A DNA stretch of 64,000 nucleotides from Lytechinus pictus (Eukaryota): NCBI RefSeq assembly GCF_037042905.1, contig NC_087245.1:8558001-8622000 (forward strand), in the 5' to 3' direction. The position numbers and the translations under genes are program-made. Below, one piece after another: positions 1 through 14,100 of the stretch. Position 1 is the stretch's first letter. Every line of letters begins with the position of its first letter. The notes below the pieces were generated by a model that had not been told where the DNA came from, did not search any database, and saw only the letters and a list, made by a program, of their open reading frames with translations.

Positions 1-187
1 AAGTTCATTGACCCTAAATGACCTTTGACCTTAATCATGTGACGTTAAACTCATGCAAAAAGTTCAGTAATACTTGATTAACCTTATGGCCAAGTTTCAT
101 GAACTAGGTCCATATACTTTCTAAGTTATGCTGTCATTTCAAAAACTTAACCTTTGGTTAAGATTTGGTGTTGACGCCGCCGCCGTC
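1..187 (-). mobile_element. HINE family A, partial copy
   Basis: Same ~120-bp unit and GCC microsatellite as the other copies; terminal hairpin missing. Confidence 0.8.
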
Positions 188-2468
188 TTTACATCTCTAA
201 ATCCATGAAATGGCCATCTATTTTCCATAATTCCTTGAAATTAGTTTTATTTTAATAGTTGAAAGCTGTCAGGAAAAATGAAGAATATTCAGCTCTTTCT
301 TGACTCTGATTGATGTTACAATCGGTAAATATTGTAGTCCCACATGTAGTCTTCCATGGTGTTGCAAACATTAACTGAAAACGATCGTTGATCGTTTTGA
401 TCATTTTACACTTGGTCAACACCATGTAATAACCACATAATAATTACAAGCTTTAAAGTTAACTTTTATCATAAATTAAATACAGGTCAAATTATCACTA
501 CATGTACAATAAATAGTATCCAAATAAATTACAATCTAACACTTCATTATTTCATTTGCCTGAAAGCAGACTGGAACAATCACAAATGTTAATATTTGAA
601 TCAAATCGAATAATTACCAATAAGTTATACAAAATTCTTTTTAAAAAACTCCTTCTCATTGTTCCTTTCATTTAAATGTCCAACTCTGCTCTCCTAATAA
701 GCAGCAGTAGCAGTAATTGTAGTTGTAGATGTACATAAAATTTTAATTTTTAAAAAGGAAGAAGACATTTTCCCTAATTGTGTGCAATAAAGAACTGAGC
801 CCTATGGAAAATAGGCCTTGCCCTAGAAATATCAAAACTTAAGACCTGGGATGTGATTTGCTGTCTTATTCTCAGATTTCAGAAGCATTTAAAAATTTAT
901 AATTGTCAACCATTTTTAATTGTACATAATCCAACCTTGTATCATGTGTATACGGTTGCAATAAAGATTGAATTGAATTGAAATAATTTCAAGAGTATTT
1001 CAAGGTTCAGCAAAGTGGTTATCTTCTTTCCACTGGAGCCCCCGTTTTCAACCCCCTTCTTATTTAGATTTGATTATCCACATGATAATTAACTATTTGA
1101 GACTTGATGAAAATTGAGCTGCATAGCCTTTAATAAGGGATATTTGTACATGTTCATGGCATTACAGAATTATGATACAATCCTGAAAATATAATGTCAG
1201 CATATCCTTAAAAAAACATGTACAATATGCTTCACTGAAAGTGATAAAAGAGAAGTGATGAGAAATACCAGAATATTATTTCCCACAAAGTATTCTTTTT
1301 AAACAGTTCACTTTCAGGATTTAAAAGAACAAAAATACCACAAATCATTTCCAATCCTGGATATCTATATATCATACAATCAACAGTTACATACTATGTT
1401 CATGTAACTTTTTTCCCTTTTGTCATGCTTAAGCTTTATTAAAGGTGAATGACATCAAGAACATTCTTATGAGGAAAATGCATATGCATGAGATTTTGCA
1501 TGTATCTAGAAATTTTGAGTTTGTATGAGCTTTTAAAAAATGTTATTTTCCTTTTTTTTCTCACTATACAATCATTCTTACAAGTTTAAAAATCCTATTT
1601 CTCAGGGAAAATCCTATATAGTGTCATTTTCCCCTTGAAAAACCTGTTAAATAGAATTAAAACCTACTTATTGGCAGCTGTGTTTATATTAACATAACCA
1701 CACATTTCTTCCGAATGGAATTGCTGAGATGAAACAAAGGAGAAGAAATGTTCAGAATATACCCATCACATATGTGAGTTTATCTACAGATAATGAAATG
1801 CAACCTGCATGAAAAATATGCTGAAAATATGAGGCTGAATACTTATCTAGAACTATAGATTTATATATTCTAGGTGGATATTAAATAGCTCTCTTGTTAG
1901 TTATTCCCCTATTAAACATCTTTACAGTATAATTTCTGCTCAGTTAGTAAAAAATGATATAGTATCGACAAATACATGTACATACCAGATTTTATTTTCT
2001 TAGAAAAATCTAATTTCCAAGAACTCCAATGTAGAAGAAGTATTAAATGAATTTTTAAGAAAAAGAAAAAGAAAAGAACTGAACATATGAAACAATTGTT
2101 GGAGGAATGCTATGTGAATTTTGAAAGAAACCTTAAAAGCATATTCCGAACTTTTTTTATACTGCAATGAAGGCTGTGTAAGTGGAATGCTTTAACAGAG
2201 TGCTTATAAATTCTATCTTTTGCTAATAAAGCTTTATTTTTTTTAAACCTGGAGCTATTCTTTCTTTATATGGTAATTCTGGTTCAATAATATTCAGAGC
2301 TATTAGTATGATTAAAACTATAAATACGTGCATATAAAAAATATATCAGAATTCCTCCCAAAACTACTCTTGTTTATATAACCCTTTATTATTAAAGGTT
2401 TGAGTTATAAGACTTGAAATATGTAAGATCTCATATTAAGATTAAATTCTAACGTTACATTTACTTAA

Positions 2469-3151
2469 ACCTAAGGAGACATTTTTAGCGATAAATCTGC
2501 TTTGCAAAATTTTTTTGACCGCGTTGCTCGCTAACTTTTTACTTTCAAGTCTCGTGCAACATTTGATACCAAAAATTGACATCCCGGGTACGTGGTTTTT
2601 ACAATTATGCAATATTTTGTACGTGCATGCAGACCCAAATTGCTCAAAAACTGGAATTCATGTACAAATCCAATGCAAATAATGTTTTAAGCCAAAATTC
2701 ATAAATGTATCATCATTTTTAATTTTACTGATCAAAATCAATTAATTCCATCTTGTTTATGGTCAAAATAAATCCCCGACAATTTCCATTGAAAAAAAAT
2801 AAATAAATAAGACATTTAGAAAATATTAAAATACATAACAAAATAAATATGATATTGAATTTTTTTAAAGTATATTTGATCAGATCCCTATAAAGGGTCT
2901 TTGTACCAAAAATTAACAATTTAAAGGCATTATTTAGTTAATTGGAGCAAAATTTTCGTTTTATGCATAAATTAGCATAATTAATTAGAAATGAGATTCT
3001 TCACAGAATTTGATCTTAAATTTTTATAGATTATGCCATGGGTAACGCGCGTGTCAATTTTTCGTCGCAATCACGCGATCGATGGCCGAGATCTTAAGGG
3101 GGCTGACACCCCAGTCTTCTTAGGCATCGAAATAGCCCAGTCTATCTAGGG
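2469..3151. mobile_element. piggyBac-like TTAA MITE
   Basis: TTAA-flanked and ends ...CTAGGG; homologous to 49941-50275. Confidence 0.6.
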
Positions 3152-3523
3152 TTAAACTTGATGATAGGACTTTATCTCTAAATCATTTTGCAACCTAACC
3201 TACTTTCTTTTTATCTGAATGATCCCAAGATGTAACTGTTATTAAAAAGTACAATATGCGTTATCTCAAGAGCCTGTGCATGGTCAAAATGCATTGGGCT
3301 TTTAAATTATAAAGTGAGATGCCTATTCAGATATCAAAACTGGTCTAGACAAATTGCTGTTGATACAAATTGACTGGTGCATTAAGTTTGTAGAACTAAT
3401 GAAAATATATACAACTCATTGATACAAGAAAAAATCTATGAAAATCTATGGGGAAATGAAAGTGGAACAGAACCAAACATATCATTTCAAATGAGGTTTA
3501 ATAATAACAAAGGCAATACTTAC

Positions 3524-3608
3524 TTGTTGGTTGAGAGATAGTAATGTTTCTTCATTAATATCATTGCTGGCTACAATCATCAGTTTCTCCAACCAAGGTA
3601 AACTGAAT
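3524..3608 (-). CDS. NAPRT: NAPRT coding exon 7 (gene continues beyond the left edge)
   Basis: [34 protein letters not shown] donor; cumulative CDS of 1194 nt is in frame. Confidence 0.93.
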
Positions 3609-3648
3609 CTATAGACAATATAAACAAAATGAGAATAGTTATGCCTTG

Positions 3649-3987
3649 TGGAGGTGCTGTGGTGTAGTGGTTCAGTCACTTAACTCTTAAACCAAGGATT
3701 GAGGGTTCAAATTCCATCTGGTGCTAACATCCTTTGGCAAGGCACTTATCCACGTTTGTCACTCTCCACCCAGGTGTTAAATAGGTTCTCGGTAGGATGT
3801 GAAGGTCAATGTGATTAGATTGGCATGTGTTCACCAAAAACGGTTGCCTGGCCAGGACACTCCCCAGGGAGTGGAGATGGTGCACTTGACGTGTGGAACA
3901 GTGATGGATCCTATGACCAGGGTAATAACTATAATGTAAAGCGTTTAGAAACCAACATATGGAGCACTATATAAATGTAACTATTAT
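3649..3987 (+). mobile_element. tRNA-derived SINE
   Basis: A box (TGGTGTAGTGG), B box (GGTTCAAAT), core CCTTTGGCAAGGCAC...CTCCACCCAGGTG, AT-rich tail. Confidence 0.75.
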
Positions 3988-4378
3988 CAAAAGGGGACTA
4001 TTGGTGGTACTGATAAAGGGTCCTATATGATCTGAGATGAAGTCAACTAATCACTCCTGACACACAGTCAGATGACTACTATTATAACATTCAAATTTGA
4101 AGTGGACATAGTTACATTGGGTGATTTTAAGTATGGTGTTGAGTTTTACTTGAAGTTACTTCGGCCTTTGCATTCTGTACAATTATATTTTACTGAAATT
4201 TCTTCCCAATTTTTACTTTCATCATCAAGACTTCTCGCGTGAAGTTGAGATGATCAGCAGCGCAGAGGCGTGACGTCATGACCTATCAATAAAACGCAAT
4301 CTGTATTATTCTTCTAAACCCAGCTCAGTGTTGGAGCTTGGTTCAGTACGCTTTTCCACTCTCTCAACACCAACAAAA

Positions 4379-5781
4379 AACAAGAGTGTCGCTAGGGCCA
4401 GCACATAGTACGCCCGCTTGTAACACGGAAAATGGAGTTATTGATCAAGCTAGAAAAGTGAAAGATGGCACCTTGACCTTTTGACCTAACAAGTGGAATG
4501 CCTCTGGCCGTCTCACCTGCATCACGCGATTCAATATAGCAGCAGTGCTGATTTTGAAAACTACTATAACTCGCACAAGATGTTCAGTGATACTTGGTTA
4601 CTCTTATTTCCACGTTTTATGAACTAGACCCATACACTTATAGAGATATGATGGTAATTCAACAAATACCCCCAACGTGGCCAAAGTTCATTGACCTTAC
4701 ATGACCTTTGACCTTGATCATGTGACCTGAAACTCGCACAGGATGTTCAGTGATACTTGATTACTCTTATGTCCAAGTTTCAAGAGAAAGATCCATCAAC
4801 TTTCCAAGTTATGATGGTAATTCAACAGATACCCCCATTATGGCCAAAGTTCATTGACCTTTGACCTTGGTCATGTGACCTAAAATGCGCAAAGGATGTT
4901 CAGTGATACTTCATTACTCTTATGTCCAAGTTTTATGAACTAGACCAACACACTTTCAAAGTTATGGCGGTAATTCAACAAATACCCCAATTTGACCAAA
5001 GTTCATTGACCCTAAATGACCATTGACCTTGGTCATGTGACGTGAAACTCATGCAGGATGTTCAGTGATACTTGATTAACCTTATGTATAAGTTTCATGA
5101 ACTAGGTCCATATATTTTCTAAGTTATGATGACATTTCAAAAACTTAACCTTAGGTTAAGATTTTGATGTTGATTCCCCCAACATGGTCTAAGTTCATTG
5201 ACCCTAAATGACCATTGACCATGGTCATGTGACATGAAACTCAGGCAGGATGTTCAGTAATACTTGATTAACCTTATGGCCAAGTTTCATGAACTAGGTC
5301 CATATACTTTCTAAGTTATGCTGTCATTTCAAAAACTTAACCTCAGGTTAAGATTTGGTGTTGACGCCGCCGCCGCCACCGTCGCCGTCACCGCCGCCGT
5401 CGGAAAAGCGGCGCCTATAGTCTCACTCTGCTATGCAGGTGAGACAAAAATCAATAGGCTTCCTGGGATCCACGCTGGTATCATACAAACCAAATTATAT
5501 GAGCCTAGGCTAAAATAACCTGAAGTTATCACGTTTACAAGGACTTCAGTAAGATGAAAACATGTCACTGTGACCTTGACCTTTGACCTAAAAATCATAA
5601 GGCTTCCTGGGATCCATGCTAGTATCATACATACCAAATTATATGAGCCTAGGTTAAGTTAAACTGAAGTTATCACGTTTACAAGGAAAAGTTAACGGAC
5701 GAACGGACAGACAGACAGACAGACGGACGGACACCGAGCATGATACCATAATACGTCCCGTCTAGACGGGCGTATAAAAAA
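4379..5781 (-). mobile_element. HINE-like family B (host of the family A copy)
   Basis: AACAAGAG end; subTIR TACGCCCG versus terminal hairpin ATACGTCCCGTCTAGACGGGCGTAT-AAAAA; (GACA/GACG)n microsatellite; internal duplicated unit. Confidence 0.7.
4488..5448 (-). mobile_element. Helentron-associated non-autonomous element (HINE/DINE-1-like), family A
   Basis: AACAAGTGGAATGCC end; subterminal inverted repeats GTCTCACCTGCAT/ATGCAGGTGAGAC; ~120-bp tandem core; (GCC)n; terminal hairpin and A-run; no TSD. Confidence 0.8.
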
Positions 5782-5862
5782 CACTGTACTTGAAATCACC
5801 CAATCTATCAGTGTTAGTGTGATAACTTTAATTTTTTTTTAAAGGAAAAGAAAATAGCTCAC

Positions 5863-6003
5863 TCAGTTCCGACTTTCTTGAAGATATCTCTAACACAGAG
5901 AGACAGGTAGGCAAGGTCACCACTGTCAATACGAACGCCTTTAGCCTTGTAGCCTACCTCATCAAGGGCTAATGTAACAGCTAGGAAATTGGCAACTCCA
6001 CTC
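5863..6003 (-). CDS. NAPRT: NAPRT coding exon 6
   Basis: SGVANFLAVTLALDEVGYKAKGVRIDSGDLAYLS, containing the conserved RxDSGDL motif; phase 2/2. Confidence 0.95.
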
Positions 6004-6548
6004 CTGGAAACAAGAAAATACTCATGTAAAGATCAACAATTTATATTGTGACAAACATCAAGGGAAGCAGATTCCACTATAAATAGATTCCATACAACAT
6101 CACTTGTTAAGGAGCACTTTACTCAGATTTAAGTCAAAATCATAAGATTTTGGATGCTAAATTTGTTGATTAGAGGAAGAAGTACATTTACAGCCTTTTT
6201 TTTGTCTGAAAGCTGTGTAAGATCAAGTAATTTGAGCAGATCACGAAAAAGCTTTCAATTTCCTGTTAAGGAAAATAATATGTATTTTTTTAAATCCCAG
6301 AGCAAGCTATAAAGGAAGAACTGATGAAAATATCATCAGACACACATTATAATTTCAGAAATCAGCCAGAATTTGAAATTCATTTTGAAGGTTGGATTCT
6401 TGATCCCTCCTACGATTTAAAAAAATATGTTAATATACATCCACTTTTTTCATACTGTATGCTTTCTTGCAATCATATCTGAAAGAAGTACAATTACTAC
6501 TGAATGAATAGTCGAGACTGAAGACTGTCACTCTTCATTCTTACTCAC

Positions 6549-6745
6549 TTGAGTACTTCATATGTGTCCACAAGCGCCAGAAAGCCTGTAGGAAAGGAAA
6601 CTGCATATGCAATGAATGCAGCAAGCTCGCCCTCATTTGTCTGTTCTTGGAGAACATTAATGACATCACAGATCTTCTTACGACATCGGAGACAGATCTC
6701 TACAAAGTCAACAGGTTTCTTGCTTTCATCTGCTGGTTGAATCAT
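6549..6745 (-). CDS. NAPRT: NAPRT coding exon 5
   Basis: MIQPADE...NEGELAAFIAYAVSFPTGFLALVDTYEVLK; AG and GTGAG boundaries. Confidence 0.93.
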
Positions 6746-6774
6746 CTGCACAAAGGATTTGCATAGTTGTTATC

Positions 6775-6854
6775 GTCATTACATCATCACTTAAATTATC
6801 ACCATCATAAGCATCATAATAGTCATCATCATCATCACCATCTTCAACATTACT

Positions 6855-6888
<34 letters not shown>

Positions 6889-7022
6889 CATCATCATAAC
6901 AAACATCATCATCTTCATCATCATCATCATCATCATCACCATCATCTTCAATATTACTATCATCATCATCATTATCATCGTCTACATCATCACCATCATC
7001 ATCATTAACCATCATCATCATC
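6775..7022. repeat. (CAT)n microsatellite
   Basis: Imperfect CAT repeats just upstream of the NAPRT exon 5 acceptor. Confidence 0.95.
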
Positions 7023-7970
7023 TCATGAATTTCATTATATTTAATATGGAACATTTCAACTTTATCCCTCCAATAATATTTGGTTAAGTGTGACATGGCA
7101 TCGGCTCCTTCATTTACATACAGCCCATGATGCGAAAATAACTGTCGTGTGAAAAATACAAAACTGACAAATGTAGTAACTTTCTTGTTTTATAATCAAT
7201 TTTGATGCACTATGTTTTTTTTCTTTTAATTTGTTACAATTAATTTGTCATCAGGAGGGAATTGGACTTAAGGGAAAGTTCACCCTGATGTAAAGATGGT
7301 TTTAAAGAAAAACAAACTAAAAGAAAAATTAATGAAGGTTTGGCTAGTATCTGTAAAAGGATAACTGGATCTAATTTTGCCACGCAACACTCGGGCAGCT
7401 CCCACAAATGTCTTGCGATATCAATTCCATAAAATACCATTTTCTCAGAAAACTGAGAAATACTTGTACCTGTTCATTCAATGCAATCAATTCAATCATC
7501 AGACACATTATTATCATACATGCTTCTATGAGAAAAAACAATATTTTAATCAAATTTTTCTGCTTTTAATTTCAGTCATCAAAAACCGTTAAATAATATT
7601 AATAAGAGAAATATTATCGCTGGGTATTAAAACTTCATATTTCAAAATTTAAATACTTTGAAGGTAGCTCAGAAAAAGCTGTAGAAATATGGTAATGGTG
7701 GCAACCTCATATTGTCTGAATACCTGTAGAGAACTCTTTCTAGCAAAAAGAGGTTGCCACTTATGTTATAACTCTAATATCAAGCTGTTTTTTAATTTTG
7801 AGATACAGAATTTTATCATACCATAAACAATATTTGGTAACATTTCATGGCCCAAATTTTATAGGTCAAAAACTTGTGCCTCTCTTTATCCTTTGATGTA
7901 TATTCATCAACCTTCACCAATTTTGTTCTCAAATTTTTCTGCTTTATTTAATCCAACTCATCATTAGCAT

Positions 7971-8268
7971 GGAGCATTGCGGCCCAGTGGATTAGTCTTC
8001 TGACATTTGAAACAGAGGGTCGTGGGTTCGAATCCCAGCCATGGCGTAATTTCCTTCAGCAAGAAATTTATCCACACTGTGCTGCACTCAACCCAGGTGA
8101 GGTGAATGGGTACCCGGTAGGAAGAAATTCATTGAATGCTTTGAGCGCCTAGGCAGCCCAACTAAAGCCTGGGTAATAATAATAGCAGGGCCCGCTGGGA
8201 GAACAGTTTTCAGAACTGAAGTGGCTTCCCTGGGTAAATATACCTTTATTATTATCATTATTATTAGT
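7971..8268 (+). mobile_element. tRNA-derived SINE
   Basis: A/B boxes (GGCCCAGTGG, GGTTCGAATCC), related core ACCCAGGTG...ATGGGTACCCGGTAGGA, (ATT)n tail. Confidence 0.8.
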
Positions 8269-8312
8269 AGGGTAAACTTCACCTTTAAGATGCATCTAAG
8301 TACTGTACATAC

Positions 8313-8428
8313 CCTATTCTTGACTTCACTCAGTCCACCAAATGACATAACAAAGGAATGTGCGTGAGTTCCAGTGATTGGAATGCCAAATAGCTTTCCT
8401 GCTAGTACATTACTGGTCCCATTGAAAC
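8313..8428 (-). CDS. NAPRT: NAPRT coding exon 4
   Basis: [30 protein letters not shown], containing the conserved GTHAHS motif; AG and GTATG boundaries. Confidence 0.95.
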
Positions 8429-8810
8429 CTGTGTAAAGTAAAGCAAAACTAGAATCACCATTTCCATCAGTGTGCATAGTTTGCCCTCAAGGCAAGCAGA
8501 AAATAAAACTGTCAAATAATAGCGAAACAAGAACCTTTACATTTACCTTTGATTTATTTTGTATTAAAGCTACTGACTAATTCATCCTTATACAAACTAA
8601 GCAAATTTTACTCTTACCAAGCATGTAATTTGTGGTACACAGACTGCCAGCAGAATCTAGTTGTACCATGTATATCATCTATTATGGTAAAGTACATATC
8701 GAATTTCAAATTCTACCATACATTTTGTTATATACATGCATTACATAAAACACGTTCAAAACTCAAGTCTGGTCAGCATTCCCCAAACTACCTCATTTTC
8801 TTTAAGACAT

Positions 8811-10140
8811 AACAAGTGGAATGCCTCTGGCTGTCTCACCTGCATCACGCGATTCGATATAGCAGCAGTGCTGACTTTGAAAACTACTATAAAATAATTA
8901 TTAACAAAAAACACCATTCATATAATGATACAATACTACATTCATTGACATTTGACCTTGATCATGTGACCTAAAACTTGTCAGTGATACTTAATTACCC
9001 CTATATCCACATTTTATACTCTATCTATAAACTTTGAAAGTTATGACAGCAATCTAATAATTACCTCTAAATTGGCCAAAGTTCAATAACCTTAAATGAC
9101 CTTTGACATTGGTCATGTGACCTCAAACTCGCATGAGATGTTCAGTGATACTTGATGACTCTTACGTCCAAGTTTTATGAACTAGTCCAATATACTTAGA
9201 GTTATGATGGTAATTCAACAAATACCCACAACATGGCAAAAGTCCATTGACCTTTGAACTTGGTCATGTGACCTGACACTCGCACAAGATGTTCGGTGAT
9301 ACTTGGTTACTCTTATGTCCACGTTTTATGAACTAGACCAATACACTTACAGAGATATGATGGTAATTCAACAAGTACCCCCATTATGGCCAAAGTTCAT
9401 TGACCTTTGATGCTGGTCATGTGACCTGAAATTCGCACAGGATGTTCAGTGATACTTGTTACTCTTATGTCCAAGTTTTATGAACTAGACCAATATACTT
9501 TCAAAGTTATGATGGTAATTCAACAAATACATGTACCCCCAATTTGGCCAAAGTTCATTGACCCTAAATTACCTTTGACCTTAATCATGTGACCTGAAAC
9601 TTGCACAGGATGTTCAGTGATACTTGATTACTATTATGTCTGAGTTTCATAAATCAGATCCATAAACTTTTAAAGTTATGATGGTAATTCAACAGATACC
9701 CCCAATTTGGCCAAAGTTCATTGACCCTAAATGACCTTTGACCATGGTCATGTGACGTTAAACTCATGCAGGATGTTCATTTATACTTGATTAATCTTAT
9801 GTCCAAGTTTCATGAACTAGGTCTATATATTTTCTCAGTTATGATGACATTTCAAAAACTTAACCTTAGGTTAAGATTTTGATGTTGATTCCCCCAACAT
9901 GGTCTAAGTTCATTGACCCTAAATTACCTTTGACCTTGGTCATGTGACCTGAAACTCCGTCAGAATGTTCAGTAATACTTGATTAACCTTATGGCCAAGT
10001 TTCATGAACTAGGTCCATATACTTCTAAGTTATGCTGTCATTTCAAAAACTTAACCTTAGGTTAAGATTAGGTGTTGACGCCACCGCCGTTGGAAAAGCG
10101 GCGCCTATAGTCTCACTCTGATATGCAGGTGAGACAAAAA
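8811..10140 (-). mobile_element. HINE family A copy
   Basis: Same termini and tandem core as 4488-5448. Confidence 0.82.
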
Positions 10141-10195
10141 ACACTAAAAGTCAGGAATATAAAAAATATTTTATGACAAAGATTTTTTTTCTCAC

Positions 10196-10326
10196 CTCCC
10201 ATATAGCAGTATCTTGATGCTGATAGTCCACCATCAGGCCCTTGCGCTCTCCTTAGACCAAACTCTAGAAGTACCTTCTCTTTACCTGCTGCTAACCGGA
10301 ATCTTGCAGCATTGGTTGTTACCAGA
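10196..10326 (-). CDS. NAPRT: NAPRT coding exon 3
   Basis: [14 protein letters not shown]...[27 protein letters not shown] acceptor and GTGAG donor. Confidence 0.95.
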
Positions 10327-10898
10327 CTGTGTTTGGGGGTAGGGATCGAAAGGATGAAGCAATGGTTGATATGATATTCAAATTTTGAAATTGAATAGGA
10401 GATCAAAATCAAGGTCAGGGTTATCTCCTACAATTCAGAATTAATTGGTTCTTTCCCTTTATGTTTGCCCAAAATTTGAATTCAACATTGAATCTTTCAA
10501 CAGCTAATCATTTAATATTGCACTCAATTCTTTTATTGAACCATATGTAAATGATGAGAGAATCCCTTCATCTTTATTGTTGTTGAAATATTTTTTTTTT
10601 AAATAAGACAGTAACAATTATTTTAGACGGGTGAAAGCACCTGTATATCACAGAAAAATTGCCATATCTTTTTCCCATTTACAAGTATTTATTGCAGTAA
10701 ATTTGTCTCATCATTAATTACAATATTTACTTCCATGCTTCAAGAAACACATTTTGTAGCCTTTATAGTGCAGGCTATGATATCAAAATCCAAACCACAA
10801 TGTAAAACAACTATATAGAATGATAATGGAGTCTGCAAACAAGAAAACAAACATTCACATCTACATGTATAGAGAAATCTGAATGCGACATTCCATAC

Positions 10899-11109
10899 CT
10901 TGCAAAATTGATAAGTGTCAAGAGTGGTGTCTCAATCAACTGCAGCAGGGGCAAAGGTCCTTCAAGTCGTAAGAGTGGCATTCTGGGAAATACAACACTG
11001 CCCTCAGGAATGGCATAGACTTCAATGTTAGAGCAATCAAGGGTCTTAAGGTATTCAAAGAATCCCTCCTCTGTTGAAGGGGGTAGGGTTGTCTTCAGGT
11101 ATGCAATGT
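10899..11109 (-). CDS. NAPRT: NAPRT coding exon 2
   Basis: [10 protein letters not shown]...[44 protein letters not shown] boundaries keep the frame. Confidence 0.93.
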
Positions 11110-14100
11110 CTGTAACAACAAAAAAAAAAAGTGAAGTACAAACAATTAGAAAAGTTAAAAGGGCTATGAGAAATCAGTGTGTGCATTGATTTTTCCACTG
11201 GATGTAAAAAAAATGACATATCAAGGGCAAATCAAACTACACGAGAGAGAGAAGATGGCAGAGAGAGATAAGAGGGTAGAAAGAGAAAGAAGGAGGATAT
11301 GAGGGAGACAGCTTAGGCAGAAAAGGAAAAAGAGCAAATGAAAGTAAGAGAGAAAATGAAAGCAAAATAATAGGGGAAGGAAACCTCATAAGAATTAGTA
11401 GTTTTAAAGACAGAACTTGAGAAGAGTCCATGTGTGAAAAAGTGAGACATACTGCATTGATATTGTGAGTCATAATGATCACTGATTGATTACATGTATA
11501 TGAAATTTAACATTTACCTGGTAACTGCGTAAATATTGAGTACCAGTAATAATTATACATGTATGTATGGCATTATTTGGCAATAGCAGTGCATAATTTT
11601 GCAGCCATGTGTACATAATGACAGTTGACCATATTCTAATCAATTTCTGATTAATAATTCAAACCATCATCATGAAGACTCCATTTCATTACATGATGAT
11701 ATTAAATATCATGCACAGTACACATACACGTACTTGTGCCAAACAAACTAAAGGAAAAGAAATTATATGGAGGCCCATATGAAGTTTAATATTTCACTGT
11801 ATGGAGGGAAATACATTTTAGTCGGTGGCATACTGAATCAAACTATTTAGAGGCATTATAATGTGAAGGAAGGAGAGAAATGTATAAATCTCCTACATGT
11901 ACACCTCCCCCCCATCTGCACACCAGTGCATGTACATAGTCTTCTCTTGTTGACCCTAACACGGAACTTCAACGTTAGAGAATGATCCTTGATAATTTAC
12001 AAAACCAATGATTTTGTGTATGTGTTTTGATAATTGACAAGTTTCAAGAAAAACAAAAAAACATTCAAATGAATTCATGATAAATCTAAAATCTTATCTC
12101 CATTTAAATCAATAGATAAAAATGAAATTGGTCTGAAAATAAACAAACATGAATTATGAAAAACAGACTTGCTTTAAATAGGGGTAATGTCCCAATGTTA
12201 ATGTCCACTGTCTGATGTCAAAATTACATCTTTGACTTAATGTAAAAATTACGACTATGATAATGTAGCCAGAGTTGCTGAATCTACTTGCAGCAAAGAA
12301 AAATTTAAATTTGCAAATTAATTCAAGAATGGATGCACTAATTTGCATCATTTAAAACTGCCTAATTTATCTATAAAGCTGAATTTTTTTTTATCTAGCT
12401 CCTTTAAAATGGACATGGACCCTCTATGGTGTTTATGAGTGCAATGGACAGAATATTTCATGAGGTGAGAGATGAAATGATACAGTCAATGAATGAAGTA
12501 TTTTTTCACAAAATGCAGTTTCTTTTCATCAATTCTTGATTTGCTGTCATGGAATTCTGTAAAGACAAGATACATCTACATGTTGAGTAAATAGCTTCAT
12601 TCTTTTCTGTTGTTGTTTGAGGTGAGATTCAACTCACATAATCGGCTGTGTCTACCTGGTATATAGTTAATTTATTTAACTTACTGCCTGAATATTATAC
12701 CATGAATACCGGTAATGAAATCAGGAATCTTTTTTTTTATGATGTCTCTCAAAATAACCGACCAATTATAAAAAGGGCTTTAGTTGCTTGACCTTTTTGT
12801 AGCTTGTTATCACAACAGATCAAACTACAAAGAAATTGTTCTTCCTGTTATGAGAAGTTTTGTGTTTCTATTCTGTACCTTTTATGGTCTAATAACACAA
12901 CTAACCAGGATATCAAAATGAATCACTTTGCTAAGAATTTGGCGTATATTTCTAAAAAGCCTTGATATCTTTATGTTTTGACACCAAAGTAAATTTCAAT
13001 CAAGATTTAATATAAGGGCTGAATCAAAATGTTTAACTGCCTCTCAATTGATCGTTTAAAACATAAAATGTTTTCCTGCCAAATGTACATGTTATGTATG
13101 ACTAAAAAAGAAAAGAAGAAACTTCCCCCAAAGATCCAGATCATGTCAAATTTCTCTTAAATTATGAAATATCAATCTATGTTTTATACCACATTGATCT
13201 CATCTTTATTTAATAGTTGGAAACTATAAATTAATTGAGGTATATCCTTTTTTATTCTTGATTCCAAAATATTGACTTCAGGTAATGTCACACTGTGGGA
13301 CCAGTATAGTAAATGGCATATTCTGGCAAAGTAAAGTATGATTTCATTCTTACAGACTTTATTAAAAAAGAAATAAATTTTATGCCAATAGATAGTTCAA
13401 GAAGAATTTATTGAATCAAACCATTATACTTTCTTATGAGTTTAGGTTCCATTTATACAAAATCATATTCAGCTTTAATCAAGATGGAGTAGGCCAAAGT
13501 AACTTTTGCATTTACACAAAAAGGCCTACAGATCCATCTTGAAGGTATGTACACGTACAATCTATTTTTCTTCAAATCAAGAAAAGGAGCTCAAAGGCAT
13601 AAATTATAAGTTCCAAATCAATGATTCAAAAACTTATTCTTCACAGATCCATTGGCATTATTAAATGCATTTTTTAATTTATAAACAATCTTTACTTTCT
13701 GATAAATTTCATATATTATAATTGAGGAAGATAATATTATCAAATGAGAGCACTAAAATGAATAATGAAAATTAAAATTTTAATTTAAGATTCAATCAAT
13801 GACCCTGAACTACATTGTTTAAAATTATCGACCCCGTACCAAAACTTTTATTTCACAAATTTAGATGCATGTATATATATGTTCATTTTGCTGATCTGTT
13901 TTCACTTTTCAGATGCTTATTTTTTGCTCATCTTGTATATCAAATATTTCTTCCTGTTCACCTTCACACCTTCCAAGTATTGTACATGTAATGCACAGGG
14001 ATATTATCAATCATAATATTTGGGTTTTATTATACGACCCTTTATCAACTGATACAGGATCTAAATACATTTGCAAATTACTAGGTAGTGTACAGAAATT

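Noticed and set aside
4680..5300. Regularly spaced repeats resembling a CRISPR array
   Set aside because: The whole ~120-bp unit repeats with no unique spacers, there are no cas genes, and the context is a eukaryotic intron. It is the HINE core.
5318..5518. Recurrent short ORF MLSFQKLNLRLRFGVDAAAA (also at 18750)
   Set aside because: Recurs only because it lies in the HINE terminus; the poly-Ala comes from (GCC)n
6767..7096. Poly-His/Ile and poly-Met/Asp ORFs
   Set aside because: Translations of a (CAT)n microsatellite in an intron
8088..8477. 129-aa ORF as a standalone gene
   Set aside because: Only 8313-8428 is a NAPRT exon; the remainder reads through intron and an antisense SINE
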